Below, piece by piece: positions 47,217 to 59,450 of a DNA stretch of 64,000 nt. The notes below the pieces were generated by a model. The model did not search any database and was not told the DNA's origin. It saw nothing but the letters and a program-made list of their open reading frames with translations. Location: the NCBI GenBank assembly GCA_963797855.1, contig CAWCQX010000011.1, positions 91,446 to 155,445 on the forward strand. Direction: 5' to 3'. Each line of letters opens with the position of its first letter. Positions within the stretch are counted from its first letter, which is position 1. A program made the translations under genes and the position numbers. Origin of the DNA: an uncultured Chloroflexia bacterium. GTDB lineage: Bacteria > Chloroflexota > Limnocylindria > QHBO01.

Positions 47217-49023
47217 GCACCGCGGACCTCGTCCCGGACTCGTTCGTCGACGCCTACCGCAAGCGCCGCGCGATCGCGCCCAGGGTCCGCGAGGCCGTGC
47301 TGGCGGCGATGGGCCTCAGGTCCGACGAGGAGCCGCCGGACGCCGGCCGTGTCGTGGTCGCGCGGCCCGGAAAGCCACTGCCGGAGCCGGGCGAGGTCGT
47401 GCTCGAGGACCGCACGCGACTCGGCCGGATCGAGGCGCTCGCACCGGACACGCCGTTCGGCTATCACCATCTGACGCGCGACGACGGGAGCGACGCCCTC
47501 CTGATCGCCGGACCGGGCCGCTGCCAGCTGCCGGCGGGCCTGCGCGAGTGGGGCTGGGCCGTCCAGCTGCCGACGACCCGCTCTCGACGGTCGTGGGGCA
47601 TCGGCGACCTCGGCGACCTCCGCGAGCTCGCCGCGTGGTCGCGCCGGGTCGGCGCCGGCTTCCTGACGGTCAGCCCGCTCGGCGCGCCGAACCCGACGGC
47701 CGAACCCGAGCCGAGCCCGTACTTCGCCAGCACGCGGCGGTTCGGCAGCGCGCTCGCCCTGCGGGCCGAGGAGCTTCCCGGCGCGATCGAGCTCGACGAG
47801 CTGGCCGAGGCCGGCCGGGCGCTCAACGGGGGTCGCCTCGTGGACCGACGGCGGGCGATCGCGCTGAAGATGCGCGCGCTGGAGCGAACCTGGGCCCACG
47901 GCGGGTTCGATCGCGCGCGCCTTCGAGGCGTGGCGCGCGGCGCAGGGTCGTGCGCTCGAGCGCTGGGCCACCTTCTGCGTCCTCGCCGAGCGGCACGGGC
48001 CAGGGTGGAAGTCCTGGCCGTCGACGCTGCACGACCCGGCCGGTCCGGGGGTCCGGCAGGTGATGGCCGAGGCACCCCACCGGATCGCGTTCCACGCCTG
48101 GATCCAGTGGTGCTTCGACCTCCAGCTCGCGGCCGCGTCGGCGGAGGTGCGGCGCATCGCCGACATGCCGGTCGGCGTCGACCCGGGCGGCTTCGACGCC
48201 TGGGACTGGCAGGACCACCTGGCGCTCGACGCCTCCATCGGCGTGCCCGCCGACCGATTCAGCGTGACCGGCCAGGACTGGGGGATGCCCCCGTTCATCC
48301 CGCACCGGCTCCGGGAGGCGGGTTACCGAGCCGTTCATCGAGACGATCCGCGCACAGCTGCGGCACGCCGGCGGCCTGCGGATCGACCACGTCCTCGGCC
48401 TCTTCCGCCTGTGGTGGGTCCCGAAGGGGATGATCGACGGCGCCTACGTCCACTACCCGACGGACGAGCTCCTCGAGATCGTGGCGATCGAGTCCCACCG
48501 GGCCGGCGCGATCGTCATCGGCGAGGATCTCGGCACGGTGCCGGCCGGCGTGCGACGCGAGCTCCGCCGGCGACGGATGCTGTCGACCCGCCTCGCGCTG
48601 TTCGAGCGGGACCCGCCGGCCCGATACCCGGGCCAGACCTTCGCCGGTGTCACGACGCATGACCTTCCGACCGTGGCCGGCGCGGTGACCGGCTCGGACC
48701 TGGACGACCAGGCCGCGTCCGGCGTCCAGCCCGACCCGGAGGGACTGGCGAAGCTCCGCGCGCGGCTCCTGGCGGCAGCCGGCGTCGAGGAGGACGCCGG
48801 GCTCGAAGAGGTCGTGCTCGGGCTGCACGCCGCCCTCGCCGCTTCGCCGTCGGCGCTGGTCGCCGCGACGCTCGAGGATGCGTTGCGGATGGAGCGCCGG
48901 CCGAACCTGCCGGGCACCGTCTCCGCGCAGCGGCCGAACTGGTCGCTCCCGCTGCCGGTGCCCGTCGAGGACCTCGGCGGCGACGTCCGCGTGCGGTCGC
49001 TGATTCGGGTCCTGGGCCGATGA
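47213..49023 (+). CDS. malQ: 4-alpha-glucanotransferase (amylomaltase); frameshifts
   Basis: [64 protein letters not shown]. Confidence 0.92.
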
Positions 49024-49036
49024 GCGGCGCCGCGCC

Positions 49037-50440
49037 CTAGCCGGCGGGGTCGTCCGCACCGTCTCCGGGGGTCGAGGCCTGCCGCTTCGTCGCGTGGCCG
49101 CCCTGGGCGACCCAGGTCAGCCCGCCCTCCACCAGGCCGATCGCCGGGGCGATCACGACGGGCTGGACGACCGACCGATTGAACCGCCGGACCGTCGCGA
49201 CCACGACGTCACCGAGCGCCGCTCCGATGCCGATCGCAAAGCCGACGAGCAGGGCGGTGAGGAGCTCGACGCTGCCCCCGCCCTCCGGCGCCTGCAGCAG
49301 GCCCTCGACGAGGAGCCGCCCCGGCAGGATCGGCAGGGCCGCGGCGGCGATCCAGATCGAGGCCGACGCGCGGTTCCGGCTCGCGAGCCACCGTCCCGCG
49401 CCGCCGATGAACGCGGCGGCCATCCCGGTCGCGAGGATCGGGTCGATGGCCGACGCCCGCGCGACGCGATCGATGACGAGGCCGCCGGCTCCGACCAGCG
49501 CGATCGACAGGACGAAGCGCGTGGGGACTCCGTTGTGGAGCGCGAGGGCGGCACACGCGACCGCCGCCGCGGCGGCCTGGGTCGCGATCGTGAACGGCTC
49601 GAACGACGGCAGCTCGAACTCGATCGTCGGTCCCCAGAGCGCGGCAATGCCCAGCCCGACGCTGATCCCGATCCCGACCGCCGCTCCGAGCAGGATCGCC
49701 TCGGAGAGGCGGGCCGTCCCGGAGACGATCGAGCCGTCGATGAGGTCGCGCATCCCCGCGGCCAGCGCGCCACCGGGCAGGAAGATCATGATCGCGCCGG
49801 TGACCGCGATCGGCGCGCTGTAGGGAAGCCCGAGCGCGAACAGGCCCATGACGATCACCACGGCGATGGCCGGGCCGATCACGTTGCGGAAGAACGTCGG
49901 CAATCCGACGCTCGTGAGCCAGGCAAGGGCCGGCCTCGCCGCGACCGTCGCCAGCGCCGCGACCGCCACCTCGGCCGGGCCGCCTCCGAACAGGACCGTC
50001 GTGCCGCCGGCGGCGACGCCGGCCGCCAGCCACGTCACCCACCCGGGGTACGGCGGCGCGGCATTCTCGAGGCGCTCGACCTCGTCCAGCGCGTCGTCGA
50101 CGCTCATCCGGCTCTCGTAGAGCCGCCGCGCGAGCTCCGCCGAGCCCGCCAGCCGGCCGTAGTCGGCAGAGGTTCGCCGGGCCACGCGCAGGAGGGTGAT
50201 CGGCTCCGCATCGGGGCCGGGGTCGTAGGCGACCGAGATCGTGCCGAACTGGACGATGGCGGTCACGTTCTCCAGCCCGGAGGCGGCCGCGATCCGTCCC
50301 ATCGCGAGCTCGACCTCGTCGGTCGTCGCACCGCTCGACAGCATCAGCGCGCCGACGCGGATGACGACCGAGAGCGTGCGCCGCGCGGCCGGCCGATCGC
50401 CGGCCGGGGTCAGCGCCGAAGGGGCAGCCTCATCCGTCAT
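49037..50440 (-). CDS. Threonine/serine exporter (ThrE) family membrane protein
   Basis: [37 protein letters not shown]; many TM segments. Confidence 0.82.
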   Translation of the reverse strand: MTDEAAPSALTPAGDRPAARRTLSVVIRVGALMLSSGATTDEVELAMGRIAAASGLENVTAIVQFGTISVAYDPGPDAEPITLLRVARRTSADYGRLAGSAELARRLYESRMSVDDALDEVERLENAAPPYPGWVTWLAAGVAAGGTTVLFGGGPAEVAVAALATVAARPALAWLTSVGLPTFFRNVIGPAIAVVIVMGLFALGLPYSAPIAVTGAIMIFLPGGALAAGMRDLIDGSIVSGTARLSEAILLGAAVGIGISVGLGIAALWGPTIEFELPSFEPFTIATQAAAAAVACAALALHNGVPTRFVLSIALVGAGGLVIDRVARASAIDPILATGMAAAFIGGAGRWLASRNRASASIWIAAAALPILPGRLLVEGLLQAPEGGGSVELLTALLVGFAIGIGAALGDVVVATVRRFNRSVVQPVVIAPAIGLVEGGLTWVAQGGHATKRQASTPGDGADDPAG

Positions 50441-52623
50441 CGGGGCGAAGCACGAGCCCGCTCAGGGGCGGCAGGACGAGCGTCGCGGAGAACGGCTGCC
50501 CGTGCCACGGCTCCTCGACCGCCTCGACGCCGCCGAGGTTCCCGAGGTTCGAGCCGCCGTAGTGCTCGGAGTCGGAGTTCAGGACCTCCACCCAGCGCCC
50601 GCCCGAAGGCAGCCCGAGGCGGTACTCGGGTCGCGGGACCGGGGTCAGGTTCAGGACGACGACGGCGATCTCGCCACCTCCGCGCCGGATCCACGAGTAC
50701 ACCGACGACTCGACGTCGGAGGCATCGATCCACGCGAAGCCATCGGGCTCGTGGTCGGACGCCCAGAGGGCGGGGGAGGCCAGGTAGACGCGGCCGAGGT
50801 CCTCGACGAAGCGCGCGACGCCGCCGTGCATCGGTGCATCCAGCAGCTCCCACGGGAGTGCGCGGTCGTGCGACCACTCGTCCGGGGACGCCAGCTCGGA
50901 ACCCATGAAGAGCAGCTTCTTCCCCGGCTGCGTCCACATGTCGACCAGCAGCGCGCGGACGTTCGCGAAGCGCTGCCACTCGTCGCCGGGCATCTTGCGC
51001 AGCAGCGAGCCCTTGCCGTGCACGACCTCGTCGTGGCTCAGCGGCAGGACGAAGTGCTCGGTGTTGACGTACAGCCCGCGGAACGTGAGCCGGTCGTGGT
51101 GGAAGCGGCGGTGGACGGGATCCTCGGCGAAGAACGCGAGCGTGTCGTGCATCCAGCCCATGTCCCACTTGAACCCGAAGCCGATGCCGCCGAGATAGGT
51201 CGGGCGGGTGATGCCGGGGAAGGCGGTCGACTCCTCCGCGATCGTGACCACGCCCGGGAAGCGGCGATAGACGCGCTCGTTCATCTCGCGCAGGAAGGCG
51301 ATCGCCTCGAGGTTCTCCCGGCCGCCGTGGACGTTCGGCGTCCATTCGCCCGCCTTTCGCGAGTAGTCGAGGTAGAGCATCGAGGCCACGGCGTCGACCC
51401 GCAGGCCGTCGATGTGATAGCGCTCGCACCAGAACAGCGCGTTGGCGACGAGGAAGTTGCGGACCTCGGCGCGACCGAAGTCGAAGATCAGCGTGCCCCA
51501 GTCGGGATGCTCGCCGCGCTGCGGATCGGCGTGCTCGTAGAGCGGCGTCCCGTCGAAGCGGCGCAGCGCGAAGTCGTCGGTCGGGAAGTGGGCCGGCACC
51601 CAGTCGACGATCACCCCGATGCCGGCGTTGTGCAGCGTGTCGACCATGGCGGCGAAGTCGTCGGGATTCCCGAAGCGGGACGTCGGCGCGTAGTAGCCGG
51701 TGACCTGGTAGCCCCACGAGCCGTCGAACGGATGCTCGGCCACCGGCAGCAGCTCGACGTGCGTGAAGCCGAAGCGCCGGCAATGCTCGGCGAGCTTCTC
51801 GGCCGCCTGGCGGTATCCGAGCCACGACCCGTCGTCGTTGCGCATCCACGATCCGAGATGGACCTCGTAGGCCGCCATCGGGGACCGATACGGATCGGTC
51901 GCGGCTCGCCGGCGCATCCAGTCGTCATCGGTCCATGCGTGGACCGATGGATCCCAGACGCGGGATGCGGTCTCCGGTCGGACCTGCATCGCGAAGGCGA
52001 GGGGGTCGGCCTTCAGGCGCAGCTTGCCGTCGCTGCCGAGCACCTCGAACTTGTAGAGCTCGCCGACGCCGATGCCGGGCACGAAGAGCTCCCACACTCC
52101 CGAGGCGCCCATCGAGCGCATCGGCATCAGGCGCCCGTCCCAGCGATCGAAGTCGCCGACGATCCGGACGCTGCGCGCGTTCGGCGCCCACACGCCGAAG
52201 CTGACGCCCGGTACGCCCTGGTGCGTGCGCGGGTGTGCCCCGAGGACGTCGTAGAGGCGCTCGTGCGTCCCCTCGGCGATCAGGTGCAGGTCGACGTCGC
52301 CGAGCGTCGGCGCGAAGCGATACGGGTCGTCGAGCTCCCACGTGTTGCCGTCGGGGAAGCCGAAGCGGATGCGATACGTGAATTGCCCGGGCCGCAGGTC
52401 CGCCACGAACCCCGCCCACAGGCCGTCGCCCAACGGCTCCATCGGTCGCGACGCCGCCGTTCGGCGCGACGAGCCACGCGGCGTTGGCATCGGGATGGAA
52501 GGCGCGAACGACCGTCCCATCGGCCGCCGCGTGCGCGCCGAGGATCGCGTGCGGGTCGTGGTGCTCACCGCGCGCGAGGCGGGCGGACTCCTCGCTCGGG
52601 GGCGCGGCGTGGATCGTCGTCAT
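50430..52623 (-). CDS. glgB: 1,4-alpha-glucan branching enzyme; frameshift near 52450
   Basis: [72 protein letters not shown]. Confidence 0.96.
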
Positions 52624-52756
52624 CGTCGGTAACCATACGCGTCGGATCGGGCGAGCCCCGGCGACATCGCCCGGCCGTATCCTAGCGGTGGGGTGGAGAT
52701 CCCAATCGGCAGGAGGGCGTTCCGGGCATGGCGAGTTCCGCGCCGACGATCGCCCG

Positions 52757-53563
52757 ATGACCGACCGGGTCACGTACCTCGGCCACGCCACCGTGCTCAT
52801 CGAGCTCGCGAACCAGCGGATCCTCACCGATCCGGTGCTGACCGGCCGCATCACGTTCATCCGACGGCTACCCGGTGCTGCGCCGAACCTCACGGCCCAG
52901 CCGGACGCCGTCCTCATCTCCCACGGCCACCAGGATCACCTGCATCTCGCCTCGATGCGACGTGTCTCCGGTGACGTGCCGATCATCGCGCCCCGGGGAC
53001 TCGGCCGGCTGATCCGTCGATGGGGGTTCGAGCGAGTCGAGGAGCTCGGGGTGGGCGAGACGATCGCGATCGGCGGCACGACGATCACCGCGGTTCCGGC
53101 CGACCACTCGGGCTTTCGGCCGCCCTGGGGCCCGACGGCCGAGTCGATCGGCTTCGTGGTGGCCGGCGACGGGCGCAGGCTCTACTTCGCCGGCGACACG
53201 GACATCTATCCGGGCATGTCGGACATCGGACGCGACGGTCTCGATCTCGCGCTCCTGCCGGTGTGGGGCTGGGGCCCGCGGCTCGGGCCCGGCCACCTCG
53301 ATCCCGAACGTGCCGCGGACGCGGTCGGCCTGCTGCGTCCGTCGGTGGCGATCCCGATCCATTGGGGAACGCTGTGGCCGATCGCGATGCGCTGGCGTCG
53401 CCAGCACCTCACCGAGCCGCCGCGCCGGATGGCCGCCGCGGTCGCCGCACATCACCCGGAGACGCGCGTCGTGATCCTCGCTCCGGGCGAGGCCTACAGC
53501 CTGCCGCCGCACGAAGGAGCGCGACCGGCTGAGCCTACGGGCGCCCGCGCTCAGAACAGGTAG
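52757..53563 (+). CDS. MBL-fold metallo-hydrolase (Lactamase_B_2-like)
   Basis: YLGHATV, ILTDP, ISHGHQDH, YFAGDT, IPIHWGT. Confidence 0.88.
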   Translation: MTDRVTYLGHATVLIELANQRILTDPVLTGRITFIRRLPGAAPNLTAQPDAVLISHGHQDHLHLASMRRVSGDVPIIAPRGLGRLIRRWGFERVEELGVGETIAIGGTTITAVPADHSGFRPPWGPTAESIGFVVAGDGRRLYFAGDTDIYPGMSDIGRDGLDLALLPVWGWGPRLGPGHLDPERAADAVGLLRPSVAIPIHWGTLWPIAMRWRRQHLTEPPRRMAAAVAAHHPETRVVILAPGEAYSLPPHEGARPAEPTGARAQNR

Positions 53564-54854
53564 CTGGCCTTCGCGAGGACCCGGTTGCGGAGGCGCAGGA
53601 GCGGGTCCCGCGTCGGCTCACCCCGAATCGATGCCGCGATGCCCGGCTCGATGAGGGTCGACGACACGCGATCGGCGATCGTCTTGTCGTCGAAGAGCAG
53701 CCCGTGCTCCGGGTTGCGGAACATCGCAAACGCGTCGAGGTTCAGGGTGCCGACGAGCGCCCGGTCGTCGCTCACGATCACCTTCGCGTGCACGAGCGCC
53801 GGGTACTCGAAGATCTCGACGCCGGCCCCGAGCAGCTCGTCGTAGTGGTGCTGGAACGCCGCGTACGCGATCCCGCCATGGGCATCGTCCGACACCAGCA
53901 GCCGGACCCTCGCGCCGCGGCGGGCGGCGGCCGCGATCGCGTGGATCAGTCCCGGATCGCCGATGTACGGGTTCGTGATCTCGAGGCGCTGCGTGGCGCT
54001 CTCGATCAGCTCGGTGGCGGCATCGGTCAGGGGCAGCCATCCGCGCGGCCAGTTCATGTGCAGCGTGACGTTGTGGCTGCCGGGCTCGAGGGTGGAGGCG
54101 TCGTCCTGTGAGCGACGGGTCGTCGGCCTCGATCGTGCCGCCGTGATAGCGGAAGGTCGTCACGAAGAGGGCCTGGAGCTGACGCGTGATCGGCCCGGTG
54201 ACGCGGATGTAGACGTCGTGGAACTTGCCGTTGGCGAAGTGGTCCTCGATGCCCGCGCCGCCGATGTACGCCACGCGGCCGTCGACGAGGACGAGCTTGC
54301 GGTGCTCGACGCGCCCTGCCTGCCAGGCGTGCGGCATCACCCGCCGCTGGCCGATCGGGCCGTGGCGATCCGGGGGGATCAGGTCGTGCAGCATGACCTC
54401 GACGCCCGCGGCGGCCAGGTCGGCGAGCATCCGCTTCGAGCTCGTGAAGGCGTGGCTGCCGAGCGCGTCGAGGATGAGCCGCACCTTGACGCCCTCGCGC
54501 GCCTTCGCCGCGAACGCCGCGCGCGAACGGGTCGCCGACCACGCCGGGCTGGAAGCCGTACTGCATGACGTGGATCGAGCCGGTCGCCGACGCGATGTCC
54601 TCGAGCATCCGCGGATAGAAGGTGTTGCCCTCCACCAGCACCTCGACGTCCGTGGCGGTCGTCGGCGCCCACGTGCCGACCAGGTCCGGGTGGGCGACCT
54701 GGTCGACCGCGGCGACCCGCCGCGCGTGGTCGATCGCTCCCTCGGCGGTCACCGGAGTCGAGCCCTCGGGCAGCTCGCGCCGAGGACCGACGCGCAGGAT
54801 GAAGTACCAGACCGCCGCGACGAGCGCACCGAGGACGAGGACAACGCGTTTCAT
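53551..54854 (-). CDS. Phospholipase D-like / cardiolipin synthase family protein; frameshifts
   Basis: Two HKD motifs (EHRKLVLVDG; VHAKVIVSD) and an N-terminal TM segment. Confidence 0.85.
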
Positions 54855-54870
54855 CTGCCGCGATGGTCCG

Positions 54871-55521
54871 TCATGCCGTCAAGCCCTCGAAGAGGATGAG
54901 CGCGCCGACGAGCGCGACGAGGATCGCGCCGGTCGCGCCGTCCTCGATCTTGTCGATCGCCGGCTGGACCCGCCGCGCGAGCGCGTCGAAGCGCTTGCGC
55001 CGGAGGACGTAGAGCAGCATCGGCGACCAGACGGGCGCCTGCCAGATGAAGATCATCAGCCCGACGAAGGCGAGGCCGGGGACGGGACCCCGCGTGAGGA
55101 CGCCGATGCGATACCCGCCGGTCACGATGACGAGCAGCCGCCCGAACGACTGGAAGGAGACGCCGGCGCCGAGGCCGGCCGCGGCGAGCACCGACTGGGA
55201 CGACGGCTGCGGCGGGAGGTTCTTGCGCCGCCGCTCGCCGACGACCATGAAGATCGCCGCGCCGATCATGATCGAGCCGAGCACGATGTTGACCTTCGGG
55301 TCGGCGCCGCGCAGGCCGGCCGCCTGGACGCCCAACAGGCCGATGATGGCCGCGACCGCGAAGACGGCGGTGCTCCCGATCAGATAGGCGATGGCCCGTC
55401 CCCACGGCCTCGTCGTGCCCGTGAGCATCACCACCGACAGCGCCAGGCGAGTCGGCGAGAAGGCGCCGATCGCCCCGAAGACGATCGCCGTGAGGACGAG
55501 CTCGAGTGGGCCGGGGATCAC
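54871..55521 (-). CDS. GAP (Sap/Gap-like) family membrane protein
   Basis: AIGAFSPTRLA..V.ML, multiple TM segments, terminal GALILFEG. Confidence 0.55.
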   Translation of the reverse strand: MIPGPLELVLTAIVFGAIGAFSPTRLALSVVMLTGTTRPWGRAIAYLIGSTAVFAVAAIIGLLGVQAAGLRGADPKVNIVLGSIMIGAAIFMVVGERRRKNLPPQPSSQSVLAAAGLGAGVSFQSFGRLLVIVTGGYRIGVLTRGPVPGLAFVGLMIFIWQAPVWSPMLLYVLRRKRFDALARRVQPAIDKIEDGATGAILVALVGALILFEGLTA

Positions 55522-55525
55522 GACG

Positions 55526-56405
55526 TCAGTCCGCCGGGGTGGCGAACCGTGAGGCGAAGCACCAATCGCATCGATCCGCCAGGCGGCAGCAGGGCCGGCG
55601 GGTCGGGCTCGCCGACGGCGAGGCGGCGGAACGGATCCGGGCCGTGGGTCTGCGGCTCCACCGCGATCGCGCCGATCGCAGGAGGACTGGCAACCGCGAC
55701 GAGGACGTCGCTCGCATCGGTCTCGAACTTCGAGCGTCGCCTCGATGCCCGACTCTGGCCAGACGAACTCGACTCGCGGCTCAGTCAGCTGCGTCCACGT
55801 GTCATCGAGACCGTCGGCCGGCGGCGCGAGGGATCGCAGGTCGCGCGCACCCGTCACCTTCGTCGGATCGGGCGCAGAGTCCGGGTTCGTCCAATAGACG
55901 GCCTCGGCCGGGAGGCGCACCTCGACCGGGCGTCGGAACCACGGATGCAGGCCGATCCCCGCCGGCATCGGCGCGTCGTCAAGGTTTCGCAGACGCGATA
56001 CTCCAGGGTGAGCGTTGCGCCGGTCAGGCTCGCGGTCTGGCTCACCTCGAACACCCATGGCCAGCCGTCTCCGCCTCCGGCGCATGCGAGCTCTCCGCTG
56101 GATCGCTCCAACCAGCGGGCCGACGAGACGAGCCCGTGAATGGCCGTGCCATCCGGGAAGTTCGCCGCCAGGGCGATCTCTCGACCCGCGAGCACGGTCG
56201 ATCCCGACGCGGCTCGATTGCACCACGGCGACATGACATAGGCACCCCAGAGGAACGGTTCGGAGACGTGCATGGCCGGGTCATCGGGTGTCCGCAGGAT
56301 GTCCTCGCCGAACGCTCGGATGCGGTGGATCCGTCCCCCGACGTCGGGGAGGATGACCACCTCCATCTCCTCGCTGCGCAGGACGATCTCATGGAGTCCG
56401 GTCAT
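55526..56405 (-). CDS. Aldose 1-epimerase family protein; frameshifts
   Basis: P..GGRI, MSPWCNR, AIHGLV, WPW.F, MPAGIGLHPWF, LDD.W, AVEPQT. Confidence 0.85.
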
Positions 56406-57797
56406 CCGGCGATCGACATCGCGCGGTCCGGCCGCAGCAGGAATGGAGACAGCACCGCCGGGATGTTCGATAGCGGGAGGACGTCGGGATGCAGATCGAT
56501 GCCGAGCGAGGCCGACATGAAGGCGCGTCGCCGCTCGACGCGGGACCACAGGTCGGGGTAGCGCCGCGCGAGCTCGCCCCGCAGCGCATCGTCGGCGAGG
56601 ACGATTCCGTCCTCGATGTTGGTCGTGAAGTACTCGGTGCCGGTTGCCGGGATGACATCCGCCTGGAGGGCCATGCCCGACCGAAGCTCGACGGTGGACC
56701 CGCGGTAGATCGGTGACGAAACCCACTCGTCGAGGTGGATCTGATGACCGGGGTTGATGAAGATCCCGAAGAATGGGTCGCCGAGGTGCTGGTCGATGAT
56801 CGCCTGAAGCGCACCGCCGGTCTGGCCGATGCGGAGCGCGGCATACCACGCGCCGATCGCGGCGAAATACGGGCCGACGAGCCGATCGAGGTAGTCGCGG
56901 ATCGCGTCGGGGAGCTCGTCAGCGTCCTCGACCACGAACCCGGCGCGGCAGGTCAGCGCACCCCAGATCCCGAAGGCGGTGGTGAACGGGTCGCCGCGTT
57001 CGATCGGCCGATCGCCCGGACTGAGCAGGCCGAACGTGGCGCGCGGGCCGGCGGTGAGCATCAGGTGGCAGGAGAGCGGCCAGCCGTTCCAGCCGAGCAG
57101 CGCCACCGCCTCGCGCTCGCTCATGCCCGGCCGGAGCCCGCGGAGGAGCGTGCGCACGCCCTGCGAGGTGTGGCAACTTGCCCACTCGAAGGCGGCGAGC
57201 TGCTCGACCTCGTTGACGACGCGCATCCCATCGGTCGGATCGATGAAGAGGTCGGTCGCGTTCTCGACCGAGCCGCTGCCCCCGACGGTCGCGCGGAGCT
57301 CGTCGACGAGGTAGGCCGGCACGTCGCTCATCCCCGGGTCCGCATACGCCTTCCACCCGCAGAGCCCGACGCGACTTCCACTGTCCGATGCCCTCCTCGC
57401 GAAGGATCTCGGCGAGCGGCTTCGAGCGATCTCGCGGCTGCATCGGGAGGCTGAAGTCCTGGAATCGATGCCGCCGCATCGGCAACGGCGCCGCACCGGC
57501 CATGCCCCAGCATTCGTTGCCGACCAGGACGGCCGGATCGCCATCCGGCCCCACGATCAGCACGGCCTCCTCGAAGCGCGGGTCGAAGCCGGTCAGGTAG
57601 GCCAGGTTGGCGCTGTGCTCCCGATCGCCGTAAATCACCATCCGCTGGTAGCCCGCAACCTCGGCCCGCTCGCGGAGGCGCGCCATGCGCTCGGCATACA
57701 GGGCGATCGGGAGCTCGGGCATGGCGGTGGGCAGCCCGAAATCAGGCAGTGTGACCGCCTCCAGGCGGGCATGGACCGCGGCGCCACGTGCGGTCAT
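56402..57797 (-). CDS. Creatinase/aminopeptidase P (M24-fold)-like hydrolase; frameshift near 57370
   Basis: YGDREHSANLAYLTGFDPRFEE N-domain; LRPGMSE, NPGHQIHLDEW, LRSGMALQ.D, TNIEDG. Confidence 0.75.
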
Positions 57798-59450
57798 TGC
57801 GGCGGCGCCCACGGCTCGATCGCGGTCGAGCCGCGCGTGATGATGCCGAAGGCGTCGACCTCGGCCGGCATTGCGGGGCCGCCCTCGCCATCGGGCCAGA
57901 GGACCCTCACCGACGCGGACTCCGCGTCACCGAGCCCGAAGTGGATCCAGCCCAGCTGCCCGCCGGCGTGGCCGCCACCCACTGTGACCTCCCGTCGCAT
58001 GACCCGATCGCCCGCGGTGACTTCCACCCAGGCGCCAATCGCGTCGCGGTTGGCGCCGTCCTGCTGCAGCCGAACCGCCAGCCAGTGGCCCATCGGCTCC
58101 GGATCATCGGCCGTGCCGGACCCCACGTTGCGGTACAGCCCCACGTTCTCGCGGCGGTTGACGATGACCAAGTCCAGCATCCCGTCCAGGTTGAGGTCGG
58201 CCAGCGCCGCACCGCGGGCGCGCGCGAAGCTGACGATGCCGGCGTCCATCCCACCCTCCACGAAGGTCCCGTCCGCCTGGCCGATCAGCAGGTTGCTCGG
58301 ATCCCGCATCGCGTAGTCGGCCAGGTCCTCAACGTTGCCTTTGGCGATGAACAGGTCGATCTGGCCGTCGTTGTTCACGTCGGCGAACTCGGAGTGCCAG
58401 GCGGTCGAGGGCAGATCCAGGTCGCCGGTGTACGGCTTGTGGGCGGTGGCGCCCCGCTCGATCGCGATGTCGCGGTACTGCGGCTGGGCGGGCCCATCGG
58501 CCAGGGTCTGCAGGCGGTTATCGGACTGGCTGGTCAGGAAGACCTCCGGATAACCGTCACCGGTCAGGTCGTACGAGGCAATCCCCATGCCCCAGATGTG
58601 GACCGGCTGCCAGCCCTCGTCACGGCGTATAGAGCCGTGGTGCGGCACCCGGCGTCATGCGCCACAGCTGCTCCTCGCCGGGCGGACGGTAGAACTCGCG
58701 GTCGTTCGAGACGCGCAGGTCACGGCGGCCGGAGCGATCCCAGTCGCTGAACAGCATCGACAGGCTGCAATAGCTGGGCGACAGGGCCTCAGGCGGCGCG
58801 TACTGCCGGCCGGAGGCGTCTGGACGGACCAGCTGATCGTCGTCGCAGACGTAGCTACCGTCGTCGACCGACTCCGGCTTCAGGTAGTTGCCGAACGCCA
58901 GCGTCGGCAGCGCATCGGGGTCCTCCCAGGACGCGGCAAAGGCGGTGGTCCAGGCAGCGCCCCCGTCGAAGCCCCACGCCTCGTTGGCGCGTTCGAAGGC
59001 GCAGCCGCCCATCCCACGCAACAGGACATTCTCGCCCACGCGCAGCACGGCGAGATCCACGTTGCCATCCGCGTCGATGTCGATCGGGTAGGCGCCCACG
59101 ACATGCTCCAGGTCGGTCGCGGGACTGGGCACCGGCTCGAAGGCCAGTGCGCCTCCCACCGGGCTCCGGTTTCGAAACAGCGCCGCCGGCTCCTCGCCGC
59201 CTGCCAGGTACAGGTCCTGGCGGCCGTCGCCGTCGCAGTCGAAGACGGCCACGCCGCCGCCGACGAAGTGGAAGAACTCGCCGTCATACGCGTGCACCAG
59301 CCCGGCCGCCGCGGCTTCCTCCACGTAGTGCGGCGCCGGAAGCGCCCCGCCGCCGCCTGCCCCGAGGCCCGCCAGGGCGGCCACGCTCCCCACGCCGACG
59401 ACCAGCAGGCCGACGCCGGCCGCGATCCACCCACGACGGCCGCGGGTCAC
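57794..59450 (-). CDS. CRTAC1 family (FG-GAP repeats + ASPIC/UnbV) secreted protein; frameshift near 58635
   Basis: N-terminal hydrophobic segment; repeated DxDGDGxxDL loops; HWL.VRL...N.DAIGA.VEV and HFGLG ASPIC motif. Confidence 0.88.
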
